Assembly (NCBI GenBank): GCA_040285855.1
Contig: JAUFOQ010000006.1
Location: 1,674,001-1,738,000 of the forward strand
Reading direction: 5' to 3'
DNA: 64,000 bases
From: Eukaryota sp. GEM-RC1
Taxonomy: Eukaryota
The notes beneath the pieces were generated by a model that did no database searches, was not told the origin of the DNA, and was given only the letters and a program-made list of their open reading frames with translations. Shown in pieces: positions 11,670 through 23,679 of this stretch (within the stretch, counting starts at the first letter, position 1; each line of letters opens with the position of its first letter). A program made the position numbers and the translations under genes.

Positions 11670-12266
11670 CACTGGTTTGTCTAATTAGTCTCACTGAGAC
11701 TAATTTGCAAGGAAGTTTTCATCATCAATTTTAGAATTAGTCTCACTGAGACTATTTATCTGATGAGACTAATTTGCTGATGAGACTAATTCAAAAGGTG
11801 AGACTAATTTGAAGACTACTTTACCACATGCAGTGCTTATTACGATTCATTACGAAAAACTATGGATCATTGATACCCATTAAAACACTCAGAATATTTT
11901 CCACTATGTTCTTCAAAAACAAGGTGCATTTGAGTGATGGTTAATTGTTGAAAGAGAGTCCACGTCTAACTACTGCTTATCTTGTCCGTAATACCATCAG
12001 AATCACAAATGTCTTTGTCAGAGGTACTAACAGCAGGTCCTGAGGTCGAGCGAAGCGTGCTTAAACGAAAGCAAACGCTGCAACGATCGGTCAGGAAGAG
12101 ACATGAGAGTAGTCCTTAAAGATAGGACGTAGAAAACGGAAAAAATAAGAGAAATAAATACAGAGTTTATTTGGATTATAGTCTCACTGACAAAATTCAA
12201 AGGTCAATTTTAGAATTAGTCTCACTGAGACTAAATTGCTGATGAGACTAATTGGACAAACCAGTG
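11670..12266. mobile_element. TA-flanked MITE (Tc1/mariner/pogo-type)
   Basis: TA|CACTGGTTTGTCTAATTAGTCTCA ... TGAGACTAATTGGACAAACCAGTG|TA; multiple internal TAGTCTCACTGAGACTA palindromes. Confidence 0.85.
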
Positions 12267-12289
12267 TAGTAAGTCTTTGCGACTGTTTT

Positions 12290-12700
12290 ATTAGACATTT
12301 ACCATCATCACTCAACAAAAACCTTTTGATATACCTAGAATAGTGACGCTTGGAAACAATACTTGCGTCTTTGATTGTGATTATTTTCCAGTGGATTGCT
12401 CAACAGTGCATTTGCAATACAATACCAGATCTGCAGCCAATTTTCGATATGTTCATAATTGATGGTTTGCGATTTCAATTGTTGGTAATCAACCGGTTTC
12501 AAATTATTTAGTGATTTTAATCTTAATCTTTTGTGCTGTTCTAACTGAAAGGTTTGTATTGGCTCTTTTTGAAATAATTGAATTATGTTTGCGCTGCTAG
12601 TGTACAGAAGTACAGAAGTATTCCCAAGCGTTTAAGTTTCATTTATTCCAAGTTGTTTAGAGACAATTCTTGTGTTGATGTGGAGAATTTAACTTTGTAC
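12290..12700 (+). mobile_element. Degenerate RLE/3' fragment of the CRE-like non-LTR element
   Basis: 3' part (GACAATTCTTGTGTTGATGTGGAGAATTTAACTT) is the reverse complement of about 5992-6030; frames are broken. Confidence 0.55.
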
Positions 12701-12871
12701 GGTGTCAAACTAGTACATGTATATACTAGTAACTTTATTCGGCACCCAATAAGGTAACCTTCCTACAAAACTATGAAATTGTAAAAACAAACAAATAATA
12801 CTAAGATTAAATCCAAACGACTTCATCACCACCCAGTAAAAGATTACGTTTATCAACATTAACCTTCACAC

Positions 12872-13540
12872 TACGACTGTCCAGGTTCGGGTTTTGGTTG
12901 TAACCCGAACCTCTTATCTTAGAACCTGACTTGGAACCTAAACCTCCGGGGTTAGAACCTAGGAACTTTTAGTACGCGACTTCAATAAGATACAATGGAA
13001 AAAAAGTTTATCGATGAAGATCACAAAAATCAATATGAAAATAAAAGCCATGAACCACTAGACACATCTCTGACAGCATTATGAAGAACAGATCGAAACT
13101 AAATAAATATGGGGTAAATAATTTCATGTCTAAAAGTTGCATTGTGACGATGGCTACATACACATTCAGAATTTTCGAGTAACTCAGCAGGAAACAAAGC
13201 TCAACCTAATAGCATATATTGAATTAGTTTTTATTTGTGCCATAAAATACTGACGTCAGAATACCAAACCCAATTATAGTTATACATCCAGTTTGATTGT
13301 GATGATGATTGTCTTGGTGGATTCGGAGGAGGAGGAGGCGAAGGGGAAGAGTCGACGTGAAGAGGTTCTACTTCAGGTGCATCAATATTACTCATAGAAG
13401 AAAGATAATTAAATAATTTTACTAATAGAACAAAGTTGAACATACTAAATGAAGGAAAAAGGGTTTCGAGGTTCTAACCTGGAACCTAACCTGCAACCTG
13501 GGTTCGAACCCAGGTTAGAACCCGAACCTGGACAGTCCTA
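12872..13540. mobile_element. Non-autonomous hAT element
   Basis: TIR TA(C/G)GACTGTCCAGGTTCGGGTT; perfect TSD CTTCACAC (12864-12871 / 13541-13548); GAACC repeats. Confidence 0.9.
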
Positions 13541-13748
13541 CTTCACACAAAACTGGTACAATTTCTCAATTAATCTAGAGAAATAGAAAGGCATATTCCG
13601 ATATATGGAAAACACTACTAGTATACGGTTTTTCCATTTTTAGTACATGTATGTGTTATTCTATTTTTGCAAATACAGATTTACAAAATGTTGAACTAAA
13701 TTTAGTTCACACTCGACCCCACTTCCTCGTCACACTGGTTCTATCGCG

Positions 13749-14652
13749 ATGTCCGAATATAGGTCTCCACAACTAAAGTCCTTGTTTGACGGCCTTCATC
13801 AAAATTCAGATGGAACTATCTCAAAAACAACATTTGCTGATTTTCTAGAACGTTCCAACCTTCCTCTGGACAGTAGGCAGTACATCTTGCAACACGTATC
13901 TGATAATCTATCCTTCCTCGACTTTACTCACCTTGTCCGAAAACTTTCCCAATCCAACCCCAGTTCTCCTCTATCATCTCCCAAACCTCCCAAGATCAGG
14001 ACTCCAATTCACAGTAAAAAGACTCTTCCAACACTGACTTTCTATCCTCCAGTGACAATGTTCTTCCTCCCTTTTACAAACCCCCATACAACCAATCTCC
14101 AAAAGATCACGTGCAACTCCTTCCAATTCAGCCATCTCAACTAACCGTCATTTGACTATTCTAAAACAATATGAAGATTTGAGAGTAGAATGTGACAACC
14201 ATCTTCAAGACTTAAAGGAGTACAGAGAATTGGTTTTTAAAGAGCGGGAAGAGTCCCAACGAAGGCATGCTAAGCTAAAGAAACTTGAAAAACAACTTTC
14301 AGACGCTCAACAACGAATAGCAGAGTTGGAATCAGAGCTGTCTCTTACTCAATCAGATAGAATCACGAATCGTGGGGGTCAGATTGATCAAGATGATCCT
14401 TATTTTCTAGATGATCAGATCAAGAGCTTAGACTTTGATGATAATTCTATTGAGAATATTGTCGAAAAGTGTACAGATTCAGTTTATTCAAAATGTGATG
14501 AAAAGCTGCAAAAACAGTTTGAACATCAAATACAGATTCTTGAGCGATCAAGAAAAAACCTTTTTAAAATTATATTTCTTTCAATAATAATTTTAATTTC
14601 TCTACACTTTTATGTACAATTCAAACCAAAATACATTCCCCGGTACAGTTAG
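13749..14652 (+). CDS. EF-hand-like / coiled-coil / C-terminal TM (tail-anchored) protein, with two apparent homopolymer frameshifts
   Basis: 'LFDGLHQNSDGTISKTTF' EF-hand-like loop; heptad region; TM 'LFKIIFLSIIILISLHFYV'. The frames rejoin if one A is added at each of the A-runs near 14016 and 14101. Confidence 0.7.
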
Positions 14653-14676
14653 TTTCTCTTTCTAATAATTCCCTTC

Positions 14677-15843
14677 TCAAGTAACTACAAAGCTAACTGA
14701 TGGCAGCGGAATTGAATATCCACCTTGAATTAATACAAGATTTCCAACCGTACAGTAACCACGTTTTAAAACTCTAATCTTGACTGAAAAGACAAAATCA
14801 CCAGATTCATTCACTTTGAAGCTATTTCCTAGTCCATTCTCAATCAAAAATGAGTTATGTGATGACGTTTCCTCAATAGTAAGGCTCAAAACACGTGGAG
14901 AGTTATTTACGCATTTAAACCTCAAATCAGTGACGTCACCCAACACAACATTGAATGAAAAACAATCAATAGAAACTGAAATCGGTCTGGTTAAAGCTTG
15001 AATCACATCACGCGACACACTAAAACTTCTAGTAACAAAGTTTCCCACTCGTTGGTCAGCAGTCACCCATGAAACATCCACGTAACCAATGTCAATACTT
15101 CGACTCAGAGTAGTCGTGTTGGCTTTGATGATGAGCTCTTTAGTTGGAAAGAGTTTGTAGAGGAAGTGACGAAGGTCAGAAGGAGCCATGTGTTCAATGG
15201 GGGTAAGGGAAGGGATGACCTCAGACTGGAAGGAAGAGGATGGTTGGAATTTAACATTGTTGAGAGCTAGAGCGGAGGAGACGCTTGGTTGAAGGGAGAA
15301 GTCAAGGAAGATGCACTTTGAGGTAGATGAGATTGAAGAACGAGGAATGAATGGTCTTTTAACTGCAAAGGGAAATCCAACTTCGAAATGGTGACCATCG
15401 AAATATGGTGCAGCTATAAGAGAGAAATGCGGATCAAAAGACTGTTTAACTACTAGTTTGACTAAGAATGTGAAGGACTGGCCAGGGGGAGATGTTGTGT
15501 TGAATGTGCTGATTGCGGTCAAAGAGATCATCTCCTTTACCAGTAGAGGTTTTGGGAAAAACTGAGGGAGAGAAATAGGAAAGGTTGGTTTTGGAGGTGA
15601 AAGTGAAGTAACAAACAAGTACTTCACCTAGATATGCTTCAGTGATGTTGGTTGAAGATAGAATAGAAGAATGTTTGGCAAGTATATCAGCAGAAACAGG
15701 TTTCTTTTCGAAGGGTGTGGGTACGTATGTTGCAGCAAGATGCTGTGACAAAGGATCTGAGGAATTGGTAAGTGTGGGTGTTGTATCATCCTTTAGAATA
15801 TCTGGATAACGAATCAGTTGGCATGTGATGGAAAAGAATCCAT
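14677..15843 (-). CDS. TRAPPC13: Trafficking protein particle complex subunit 13-like, with two apparent indels
   Basis: 'AYLGEVLVCYF', 'PGQSFTFLV', 'FPFAVKRPF', 'IGYVDVSWVT..G'. ATG at 15843 needs one extra T; there is one extra C in the TCCCCCT run near 15485. Confidence 0.75.
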
Positions 15844-15962
15844 CTAAAATACAAGGGACGGTTCAATGACGAAAGTCTGCCAAAAGACTGGACTAAGGGC
15901 TTTTGTTGAGCAAAAATTTGAGTTTGGAATCCGTTTGTTTACAAAACTCATCTCATTGACAT

Positions 15963-16238
15963 ATGTACTCAACAAAGCTTGTTGCTCTCATTGCTGATGA
16001 GGATATTGTCATCGGAATGAAAATGTGTGGTATTTATGATCAGGAAGAAGACAATGTCTTTTGTGTTACTCCCCAAACCAGTTTCTCTGAAGTTGAAGCA
16101 GCATTCACTAGAATGACTAACAGCTCTTCGATTGCTGTTTTGATGATCAGTTCATCTGCTGCTAAACTTCTTGGAGAAACTGTTCTTAGTTACAATCAGA
16201 CTTCTCCCATTATTGTACAAATTCCAAGCAAGAAGTGA
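15963..16238 (+). CDS. ATP6V1F: V-type ATPase subunit F
   Basis: 'VALIADEDIVIG..CGI', 'EAAF', 'IAVLMIS', 'IVQIPSK'. Confidence 0.85.
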   Translation: MYSTKLVALIADEDIVIGMKMCGIYDQEEDNVFCVTPQTSFSEVEAAFTRMTNSSSIAVLMISSSAAKLLGETVLSYNQTSPIIVQIPSKK

Positions 16239-16627
16239 TTGTTTTATGTACATTATTTCGTCTTTCTTTCAAATTTAATCTCATTCAATTTGAAATCGAG
16301 TACCAGCTATTGTTTTCTGTAATTAAGTGTTCATTTTTCATATTCGTTCCCCAGTTTCTCATCCTTTTCAATTAATCTGGGATCTGTTTTGTGTATAAGT
16401 TCAAGATCCATTATGTTTGTATTTGTTAAATATTTATTTGATTAAATTGAAATGCTGAATTGTTCCTCTAAATTTGATTCTCTGTGAATTAGAAGTGACG
16501 CAAGAACAGTTATTTTCAAGAAAACTGAAGCCACAAAATACTGTAGCAGAACAATATTAAGTCAGATCTGGAACTGTTGACAAATGTGGACAATTGTTGT
16601 TGACTTCAAAAATGTTCTGCAATCGTT

Positions 16628-17764
16628 ATGTATCATAGCATTCGATCATCAATCTTGAGAAAGTCATGTTATAGCTGCAGTGATAGCTTTCCTGCTCCTT
16701 CAGCTCCTTCATTCGCATCAGTTGATCAATCAACAGCTCTTTCACTTGTTGGACGTTCTAGTACTTCTTTAACTAAGCTTAATGAGCCTAAATGGCATCC
16801 TCCTTACAAACTGTATAAAGTACTTGCATCCCATGCTGGTGTTGTCAATTCTGTTTGTATGGATCCTTCAAACGAATTCTTCTCAACAGGATCCGGAGAT
16901 TGTACCATCAAACTATGGGACCTAGCTTCTGGAAAGGTCAAACTTACTCTCACTAGTCATTCTTCACCAGTTCGTGCATTAACAACAGACGCTAGGTGGC
17001 CTTACCTCTTCTCATCCTCAGACGATAAACAGATCTTTGTCCACGATCTAGCCTCTCTCAACAACGCCAAAGTACGATCCTTCTTCGGACACTCTTCCAC
17101 AGTTACACATCTCACTCTACATCCCACTCTTCCTATTCTGTTCTCAGGAGGTCGTGATAAAAGCATCAAGGTCTGGGATATACGGTCCCCCAAACCTGTT
17201 CTTAGTCTTACTGGTCATTTAGACAGTATTGCCGGCATTGCTGCTGAGTCAGCTGAGCCCCAGCTCATCACGTCATCATTTGATTTCACCATTAAACTAT
17301 GGGATCTCAAAATGGCCCGTTGTATATCCACACTCACTCACCACTCTAAACCTCCCCGAATAGCCATTCATCCAGTCCACTACTCCTTTGCCTCTGCTGA
17401 TTCCACAGTGGTTAAGACTTGGAGATTACCAGAAGGAAAGTTGTTGAACAATGTGAGAGATCATTCTGGATCGGTCATTAATAAGATCGTTTTGTCTGAT
17501 GATGACGTGATGATTGGTGCGACTAATGATGGACGATTGTTTTGTTGGGACTATCTGTCTGGACATAACTTTCAACAGATTAATGTTGATTTTCCAGGTT
17601 CTTCTCTTGGTGAAACGACCATTAAAGATATTGTTTTTGATCAGAGTCAGAGTCGGCTTATTGCTGGATGTGGAGATCACACTGTGAAGTTATTTAAAAT
17701 TGATGATGGAGTAGAGCCCACAGTGATTGATTGGACTCCTCCAGAAGAGGAAGTTTGGTTTTAA
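16628..17764 (+). CDS. PLRG1: Pleiotropic regulator 1 / Prp46 (WD40 splicing factor)
   Basis: 'PKWHPPYKLYKVLASHAG', 'WDLASGKVKLTLT', 'EPQLIT', 'FDQSQSRLIAG..D.TVK', and seven WD repeats. Confidence 0.92.
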   Translation: MYHSIRSSILRKSCYSCSDSFPAPSAPSFASVDQSTALSLVGRSSTSLTKLNEPKWHPPYKLYKVLASHAGVVNSVCMDPSNEFFSTGSGDCTIKLWDLASGKVKLTLTSHSSPVRALTTDARWPYLFSSSDDKQIFVHDLASLNNAKVRSFFGHSSTVTHLTLHPTLPILFSGGRDKSIKVWDIRSPKPVLSLTGHLDSIAGIAAESAEPQLITSSFDFTIKLWDLKMARCISTLTHHSKPPRIAIHPVHYSFASADSTVVKTWRLPEGKLLNNVRDHSGSVINKIVLSDDDVMIGATNDGRLFCWDYLSGHNFQQINVDFPGSSLGETTIKDIVFDQSQSRLIAGCGDHTVKLFKIDDGVEPTVIDWTPPEEEVWF

Positions 17765-17910
17765 ACTATTTTTTCATTTCCAAAATATTGTTGAATTCAA
17801 TATTCTTCCTTATATGACTGGTGTTGACCACGTACTTGTGAATTAGGCTTAGTTTTAGAAAAATTAAAAGTACACAGAGTTTAGAGACAATCAATAACAA
17901 TCTAACAAAG

Positions 17911-18925
17911 CTAATTTACACATTTACGATTTTCATCAATAAACCACCAATTATAATGCTTCAACAGAGCTACTTTCGAGTCAAACTGATAGTAATTAAC
18001 ATGCACCATCTTGGGTTCCACTTCTGCCTTTTCAACTAACTTATACGTGAAATACATATGACCATTAGGATACCTATACCTATCTAGCACGCACACAGAT
18101 ATACACTCCTCCTTATTAGCTAGGACGTTATTCAGAGCTTCTTGTTCATGTTTATCAGGATGTTGCAGTCTGTAAAGCATAACTTTCTCTAGGAAACGGA
18201 GAGTTCTGGCGTTACTACGAATGTAGAAGAACCCAGTGTTCAGCTTGATCTTGGAGTTATACGGCGGCGGAGAGTCCGACTGGATGGCGAGATCACATGG
18301 ATGGTTGGCTTTGACTTCGGCGAAAACATTCTTGTCAAATAGTACTATATCGACGTCTGAAAGGGAAGACGTTGTAGCCACGGCGGAGGACTTCATAGAC
18401 GTAGAACATTTTGGAAGAAGCAACAGATCGATGTCCTTCAGAGCCAAACTTGTGGGTTGCGGATCCGAATGTTCGCAGTGGGTCAAAAATGACAGGGCGG
18501 TTTTGTTCTGTATAGAACTTGGCGGCTACTTCGTCAGTGGTGGCGAGGACAATGTTGGAGATTCCAAGTTTGTCAGAACAGCATAAGAAGTTTGATGTGA
18601 GGTCTGCAAAACCGGAGTTGGTGACGACCAGTACGATGTCTTTGTTGTCAACGGCGTTGGCCTCAAGTATTTCGTCAATTCCAGGGATGTCGTGTTGAAA
18701 AGAAGCAATGGTCGGATCTAAGCCCTCTTTCTTGGCTTGTTCAGCACAGGATTCAAAGTTGACTATAGGTGTTCCATCCACAAAGTATTGTCCGTAAGCA
18801 TTGCGAACTACGTGGTCCTGAGGAGATGCAAAGTGTCCCCACACAAGACATAAAGTAATAGCGTAGAACAGGACTCCGCCAAAAATAAGGGCGTAGCGAT
18901 TCAGGGTTTTTCTGTTATTACGCAT
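17911..18925 (-). CDS. Type II membrane nucleotide-diphospho-sugar transferase (GT77-like), with one apparent extra base
   Basis: N-terminal TM. 'LRRGYNVF|LSDVDIV' DxD motif is restored by removing one C near 18363. Also 'NTGFFYIRS', 'HEQ..LN', 'YPNG', 'VHVNY...K'. Confidence 0.85.
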
Positions 18926-18967
18926 TGAGAAATAAGGGCGGTTTGTACTTTGCCTTCCCCTACCAAT

Positions 18968-19624
18968 ATGACTGACTCTGTTCCTTGGGGATCCCTGTCA
19001 CCAAAACAAGGTGATTTTATCCTAAGTGAAGCCGTCAAGCCAGCCAATCCTGATACACAGTCTTCCGTATCTTCATCTACTATTCAGTCTCCACAAAACT
19101 CTCAACCTTCTTCTCCTGTACACAGAAAACGCAATTACTCGCGGCCGACTAATTCTGCTAATCGTGTGAAATCTCCTCCCAATCAACGTCAACGGGCATC
19201 CTCACCACCTGATTTTGTTTCCCGAACACGTAGACCACTTTCTCCACCTATATTCACTGCGTCTACACATACGTCCTCAATTCTTGACTCTCTGTACATC
19301 AAGAAGCGTACCGATCCTAGCACAATATCAACTATCCCTGTTCCTCCCCCTAATCCACCTATACCAGAAGACACTTCGACAGAAGATGATCCTGTGAGGC
19401 TAAAATGGCGTCAACGACAGGTTGAGTTTGGAAAAAATACTGACGGATATAAGGCCTATTTAGCAGCAGTTCCATTGAATGAACGTAAACCTGGACATCC
19501 TGTTACTCCACCGCTAGATTTAAAAATTTCAAAGAAGAAGTGGGGTTATTTATGTAATAATTGGAGACGAGATTTGCATCATTGGGACCCAATTGAAGAA
19601 AATGTGTCTGAAAAGTCGATGTAA
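18968..19624 (+). CDS. SLBP: Histone mRNA stem-loop binding protein
   Basis: RNA-binding domain 'RQRQVEFGKNTDGY..Y...VP...R...HPVTP....SKKKW.....WRRDLHHWDP'; ATG at 18968. Confidence 0.88.
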   Translation: MTDSVPWGSLSPKQGDFILSEAVKPANPDTQSSVSSSTIQSPQNSQPSSPVHRKRNYSRPTNSANRVKSPPNQRQRASSPPDFVSRTRRPLSPPIFTASTHTSSILDSLYIKKRTDPSTISTIPVPPPNPPIPEDTSTEDDPVRLKWRQRQVEFGKNTDGYKAYLAAVPLNERKPGHPVTPPLDLKISKKKWGYLCNNWRRDLHHWDPIEENVSEKSM

Positions 19625-20564
19625 ACTCAAAAATTATTGTTTGTGTAATATAAATCCAAATTCTTCTTATTCTCTTTTGACTGGGTTTCGTCTTCTTTTA
19701 GTATCTTCTGAATATCTGGGATTGATTAGATTGATTGGTTTAGACATCAGCTCTACTGTTGAACTGAACCAGTTGGAATTGATGAATAGTTTTAAGAAAC
19801 AGTAACTTTCTTCATCCAAATGTTGCTTTTGTTATCCTCAACATTGCTTTAACTAAAATAGGATTGATGCGTCATAGTTTCTGTACTAGTATACTAGTAT
19901 GGTTTTTGGATTACGGAAGTGTCATTTTGTGGCACAAAATCAAAAGCCTAGGGAAAACTTTCTAAACAAAATCTCAGTCTCTTTTTGAGTTTCTGAGAGG
20001 TCTATCAATTCTAATTTATTGTATTGATTATTGTGTGATTGAACATACGATACTGGTGTATTGTTACAAGAGTATGAGTCAGTACAATATATTGTTTGTG
20101 CTGCTTAAATTTCAATAATTCCAAATTTTCAATAGATGTACTGTACATGTAGTGAATTTCAACTAATTATCACTAATTATTCCTTCTATTTATTCCTTTA
20201 TCAAACGACGTTCAGTTCCCAATCCCCTTTTCTTGTCGACTCTACAACTCAATTTTTGAAAATCAACGGGGTTACAAAAACTAATACACCCTTTCTCAAA
20301 CCTTTCTGTAATGATGTTAGTAATACATTTAAAGTATTGATGCGTTTAAGTTGACACACAACTATCAGTATACACGAGCGTAATCCATAAGTCAAGAGCA
20401 AGTCTAGTAGATCGTACTTTAGTAAAGTTGAGTTGTCATTTCCGTAATCACTGTTGTCAAAGAGGGGCCCTTTTAAAAATACAATAATAATACAATTGCC
20501 TACCGTGTTGATTTACATACCAACACACTTCAACAACTCTCACGTCAGCAACTACCAAAAATGT

Positions 20565-22438
20565 CTAGAATGGACCCCATGCATGTCTACAGGCTGACTC
20601 AGCTTGACTATCATCAGATAGAGAAAACAAATGCCAGGATTGTCTTAGAGCCATGTAATACCTAAAAGTGTAATAAGCGATTCCAGTAAAAAGAGGAAGA
20701 AAAATAGGTAAGAAGTACTTCCTAGCATACCTCTCCCAAACTAGGGGAAAGGCAGTTCCAAGATCTCTTTTAAATCGTCTTCGGGATATAATAAAGAGAA
20801 CAGCGACATCAGTAGCAGCATTTGTAAGTAATTGAATGATCAAGATGGTAATAAGTTCTTGCATTGAGTCTTTCAAGGCTTCTACTGATTCAAATATAAT
20901 TTTTACGGTTAGGTTCATTACAAATGTGAGGAAAATTGCTGCTAAATCGAAGATGACGTCGAATATAGTGATTTGATGGTAGAAGAGATCAAAATCTGAC
21001 AAGCCTTCTTCAGCAAATCTTTCCATTTCAGTACAAGAAACTTTCCTAATCGGGGACTCAAGACCTGCCGTACTCCCGTAATCAATACCAACAAACCCAT
21101 CTTCATCTACCACAGTACTTCCTTCCACATCCGACAGAACTTCACTCACTTCAGAATCCCAGTCGTCCTTGTCGATCTTCTCATCACCATCATCAATACA
21201 GCTCATGTTCGACTGCTGATCTGGCTGATCATCTGAATCAACAACCTCGTTGGGAAGTTCTCCTGGACACGGAGACACAACACCAATAACAGGATCAACT
21301 TGAGCAATAACAGAAGTAACAGAACTCTTTAAGGGTTTTGACCTAAAGCTTAGAGACACCTTGTCAAAGTTACCAGGAGTCTTTTCATAGTTTCAAGCTC
21401 TAATGTCGAAGCTGAAGCTTTATATTCTTTTGAAGTGATGAACACGCGTTCAAAGAAATCATCACGTGTCCTAGTGGTGGTTTTCCAAATGACTTCAAAG
21501 AAGGTAGAGAAGAGAATCAGATAAGTAGTTTCAGCGAAACTGCCTGCGTTAGCCACCAATAGACGAAGAACAAGTAATTTAATGACAGAATGAATTGAAA
21601 AAAGGATTGAGAAAGGTTTTCTCAAAGACTTCATGGTTGCAGACACGCTTTGTTTGTCAGCTCACGTTCTTGCCAATTAGAGCATATTCTACGGATAGAG
21701 AGTCTAGCAAAGGTCTCAGAGGTATAAATCATAAAGGGTGCAACCACGATCCGAATCAGTATACGAATGGAATAGCGTTCAGAGGCGAAGTAGAATCGAA
21801 TAACGATAAACTAGAGTTAAAATAATTGAGCAGGGAACAAACTTCCATGAGAAGCAGATTGAGAACGAATGGCATGAATAAGGCAGCGAAGTGTTTAAGA
21901 CTGACCATCTCCACTTTTTTGCAGAACTTAGCCATAGCTACAAGGTAAAAAACCTCAGCCAAATACAGAAAGCCTAAAAAGAAGAGCAGGAGGGAAAATA
22001 ATCGCAACAGTGAATGGTCTTAGAATAGAGTAGATTCCAATAAAGGATCCAAATAGAAAAGCGTAGCGACGAAATGGTTTAGCCTTGTGTGGAAAGAGAA
22101 AGTAAAACGGCCAATAACTGGAGTAAGCCTAATGGAGTAGCATAGAAACAAACAAGTAGGTCAAAATGCAAACATTTTGGATACAATTCTCGATGGCAAA
22201 CCAGAAGCGATCATTGATGGTTCGATCGGATGGTATGCAGAAAAGGGATGCACGGGAAAGTAGTGTGAATGCAACATAAAGAACTATAGGAAAGGCGACG
22301 ACTAGAGCTTTAACGACAATTTTCGGGTATAGAAGAATAAGCTGACGTAATGACTGAGTTTGAATTTGGTTCATGTTGGGGGAAATTGACATTTGGGCAT
22401 GTGGAGTCTTTACAGCAGATGCACATAATAGCGCTCAT
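20565..22438 (-). CDS. Multi-pass membrane protein of unknown function, broken by several frameshifts
   Basis: Consecutive minus-strand ORFs (22129-22392, 21756-22007, 21350-21646, 20565-21359) with hydrophobic helices; start inferred at the ATG following a candidate intron. Confidence 0.55.
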
Positions 22439-22503
22439 CTGAAGGGAAAGCAATTGAACACACATACGTAAACATGTTATGTGTTTTTGCACAATTTCTC
22501 AAA

Positions 22504-23632
22504 GGGAAATCGACCCAAATGCCAATTCTCAGAACATCCATCATCACAAATATCACTTTTTCTTTTAATGCATACTTCTAACTTAACTTCTACTTTTAAT
22601 GATAACACATCCGACACAATCACTTTAAACGAGGGTGGTATGTATGCTTCTATCCAAATTCTGTGAAATTCTGTGCAACTTTATGAAACACAGAGTAAAA
22701 GACCACCGATAAGAATGAGAAGTGATAAGAAACATCTCACACTGTGCTGTAGGCGTCTTGGGTGCTTATTTGGTTTATGTGCATCAACAAAGTCTCCCTC
22801 TGAACTTAATGTTGTGAGACAATACACAGATCATACATGTACTGGTGATCTTGCAAGCTGTGAAACTGCCTGTTAGTTTACGTCACAATTTTGAATGTGT
22901 AATAGCTGAAGTTGATAGTGGAAGTGATGTTCACTTAGTAAGTATTGATGAACGACAATGTTCATGCCTGGAATGGCAAAGAACCGGATATCCATGTGCA
23001 CATGCACTTGCCGCATATCACAAATGCCAAATTGCATCTATCAAGGGTGTAGAACAAGTATACCATGTTGAGAATTATGTTAGAACTTACCGCCAAGCTA
23101 TTATGCATATACCTTCAAAGAATCAGTGGCAAGATGTTGCTCATTTACCCAAGTCAACCCCACCAGACGTCAAGAAAAGATGTGGAAGACCACGGAGACT
23201 ACGAGCTAAACCACTGAAAGTAAGAAAACGATTGTTAAAAGACGCTAAACAACCTGAAGCGACACAAAAAGATCCCTGGGAGGCCAATGACTTGTGGTTA
23301 ACATCTGACGCTGTGGAGGCGTCGTTTTCTGTCCCCGATGAGAGTGAAGATACTGATTGGTGTCCAGAAGATGTCTTTCTCTCTTCAGAAGATAGCACTG
23401 ATATTGATATGTAGATACTGACATGTAGATGAGCAATATAAAACAGTCTTCATTGATACTTTATTCATTTGCAGATCATACAAGAACCATGCCATGAAGG
23501 TCAAGTAGAACACCAAAGAACAAGTTAAAGCGAAGAAACAGAAAGTGATATTTATGAAGTGCTTTGCTGTGTTGGAAAAGTGATATCTATGAAGTTTAAT
23601 GTTGTGAGAATTGGCATTTTGGTCGAAGCCCC
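22504..23632 (+). mobile_element. Internally deleted MULE (Mutator/MuDR) element
   Basis: About 32-bp TIRs (GGG..TCGACC.AAATGCCAATTCTCA.AAC); perfect 9-bp TSD TTTCTCAAA; DNA-binding zinc finger 'C..LGC.F.L.AS...HTC'; SWIM 'CSCLEWQRTGYPCAHA'; 'GRPR'; no DDE core. Confidence 0.9.
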
Positions 23633-23679
23633 TTTCTCAAACTATTCTTCATTGTTTAGTGGCCTCGGTTTAATTCCCA

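Noticed and set aside
11670..12266. CRISPR-like array or hammerhead ribozyme (CTGATGAG within palindromic repeats)
   Set aside because: Spacing is irregular, the repeats sit within TIRs, there are no cas genes, and no stem II-GAAA core follows.
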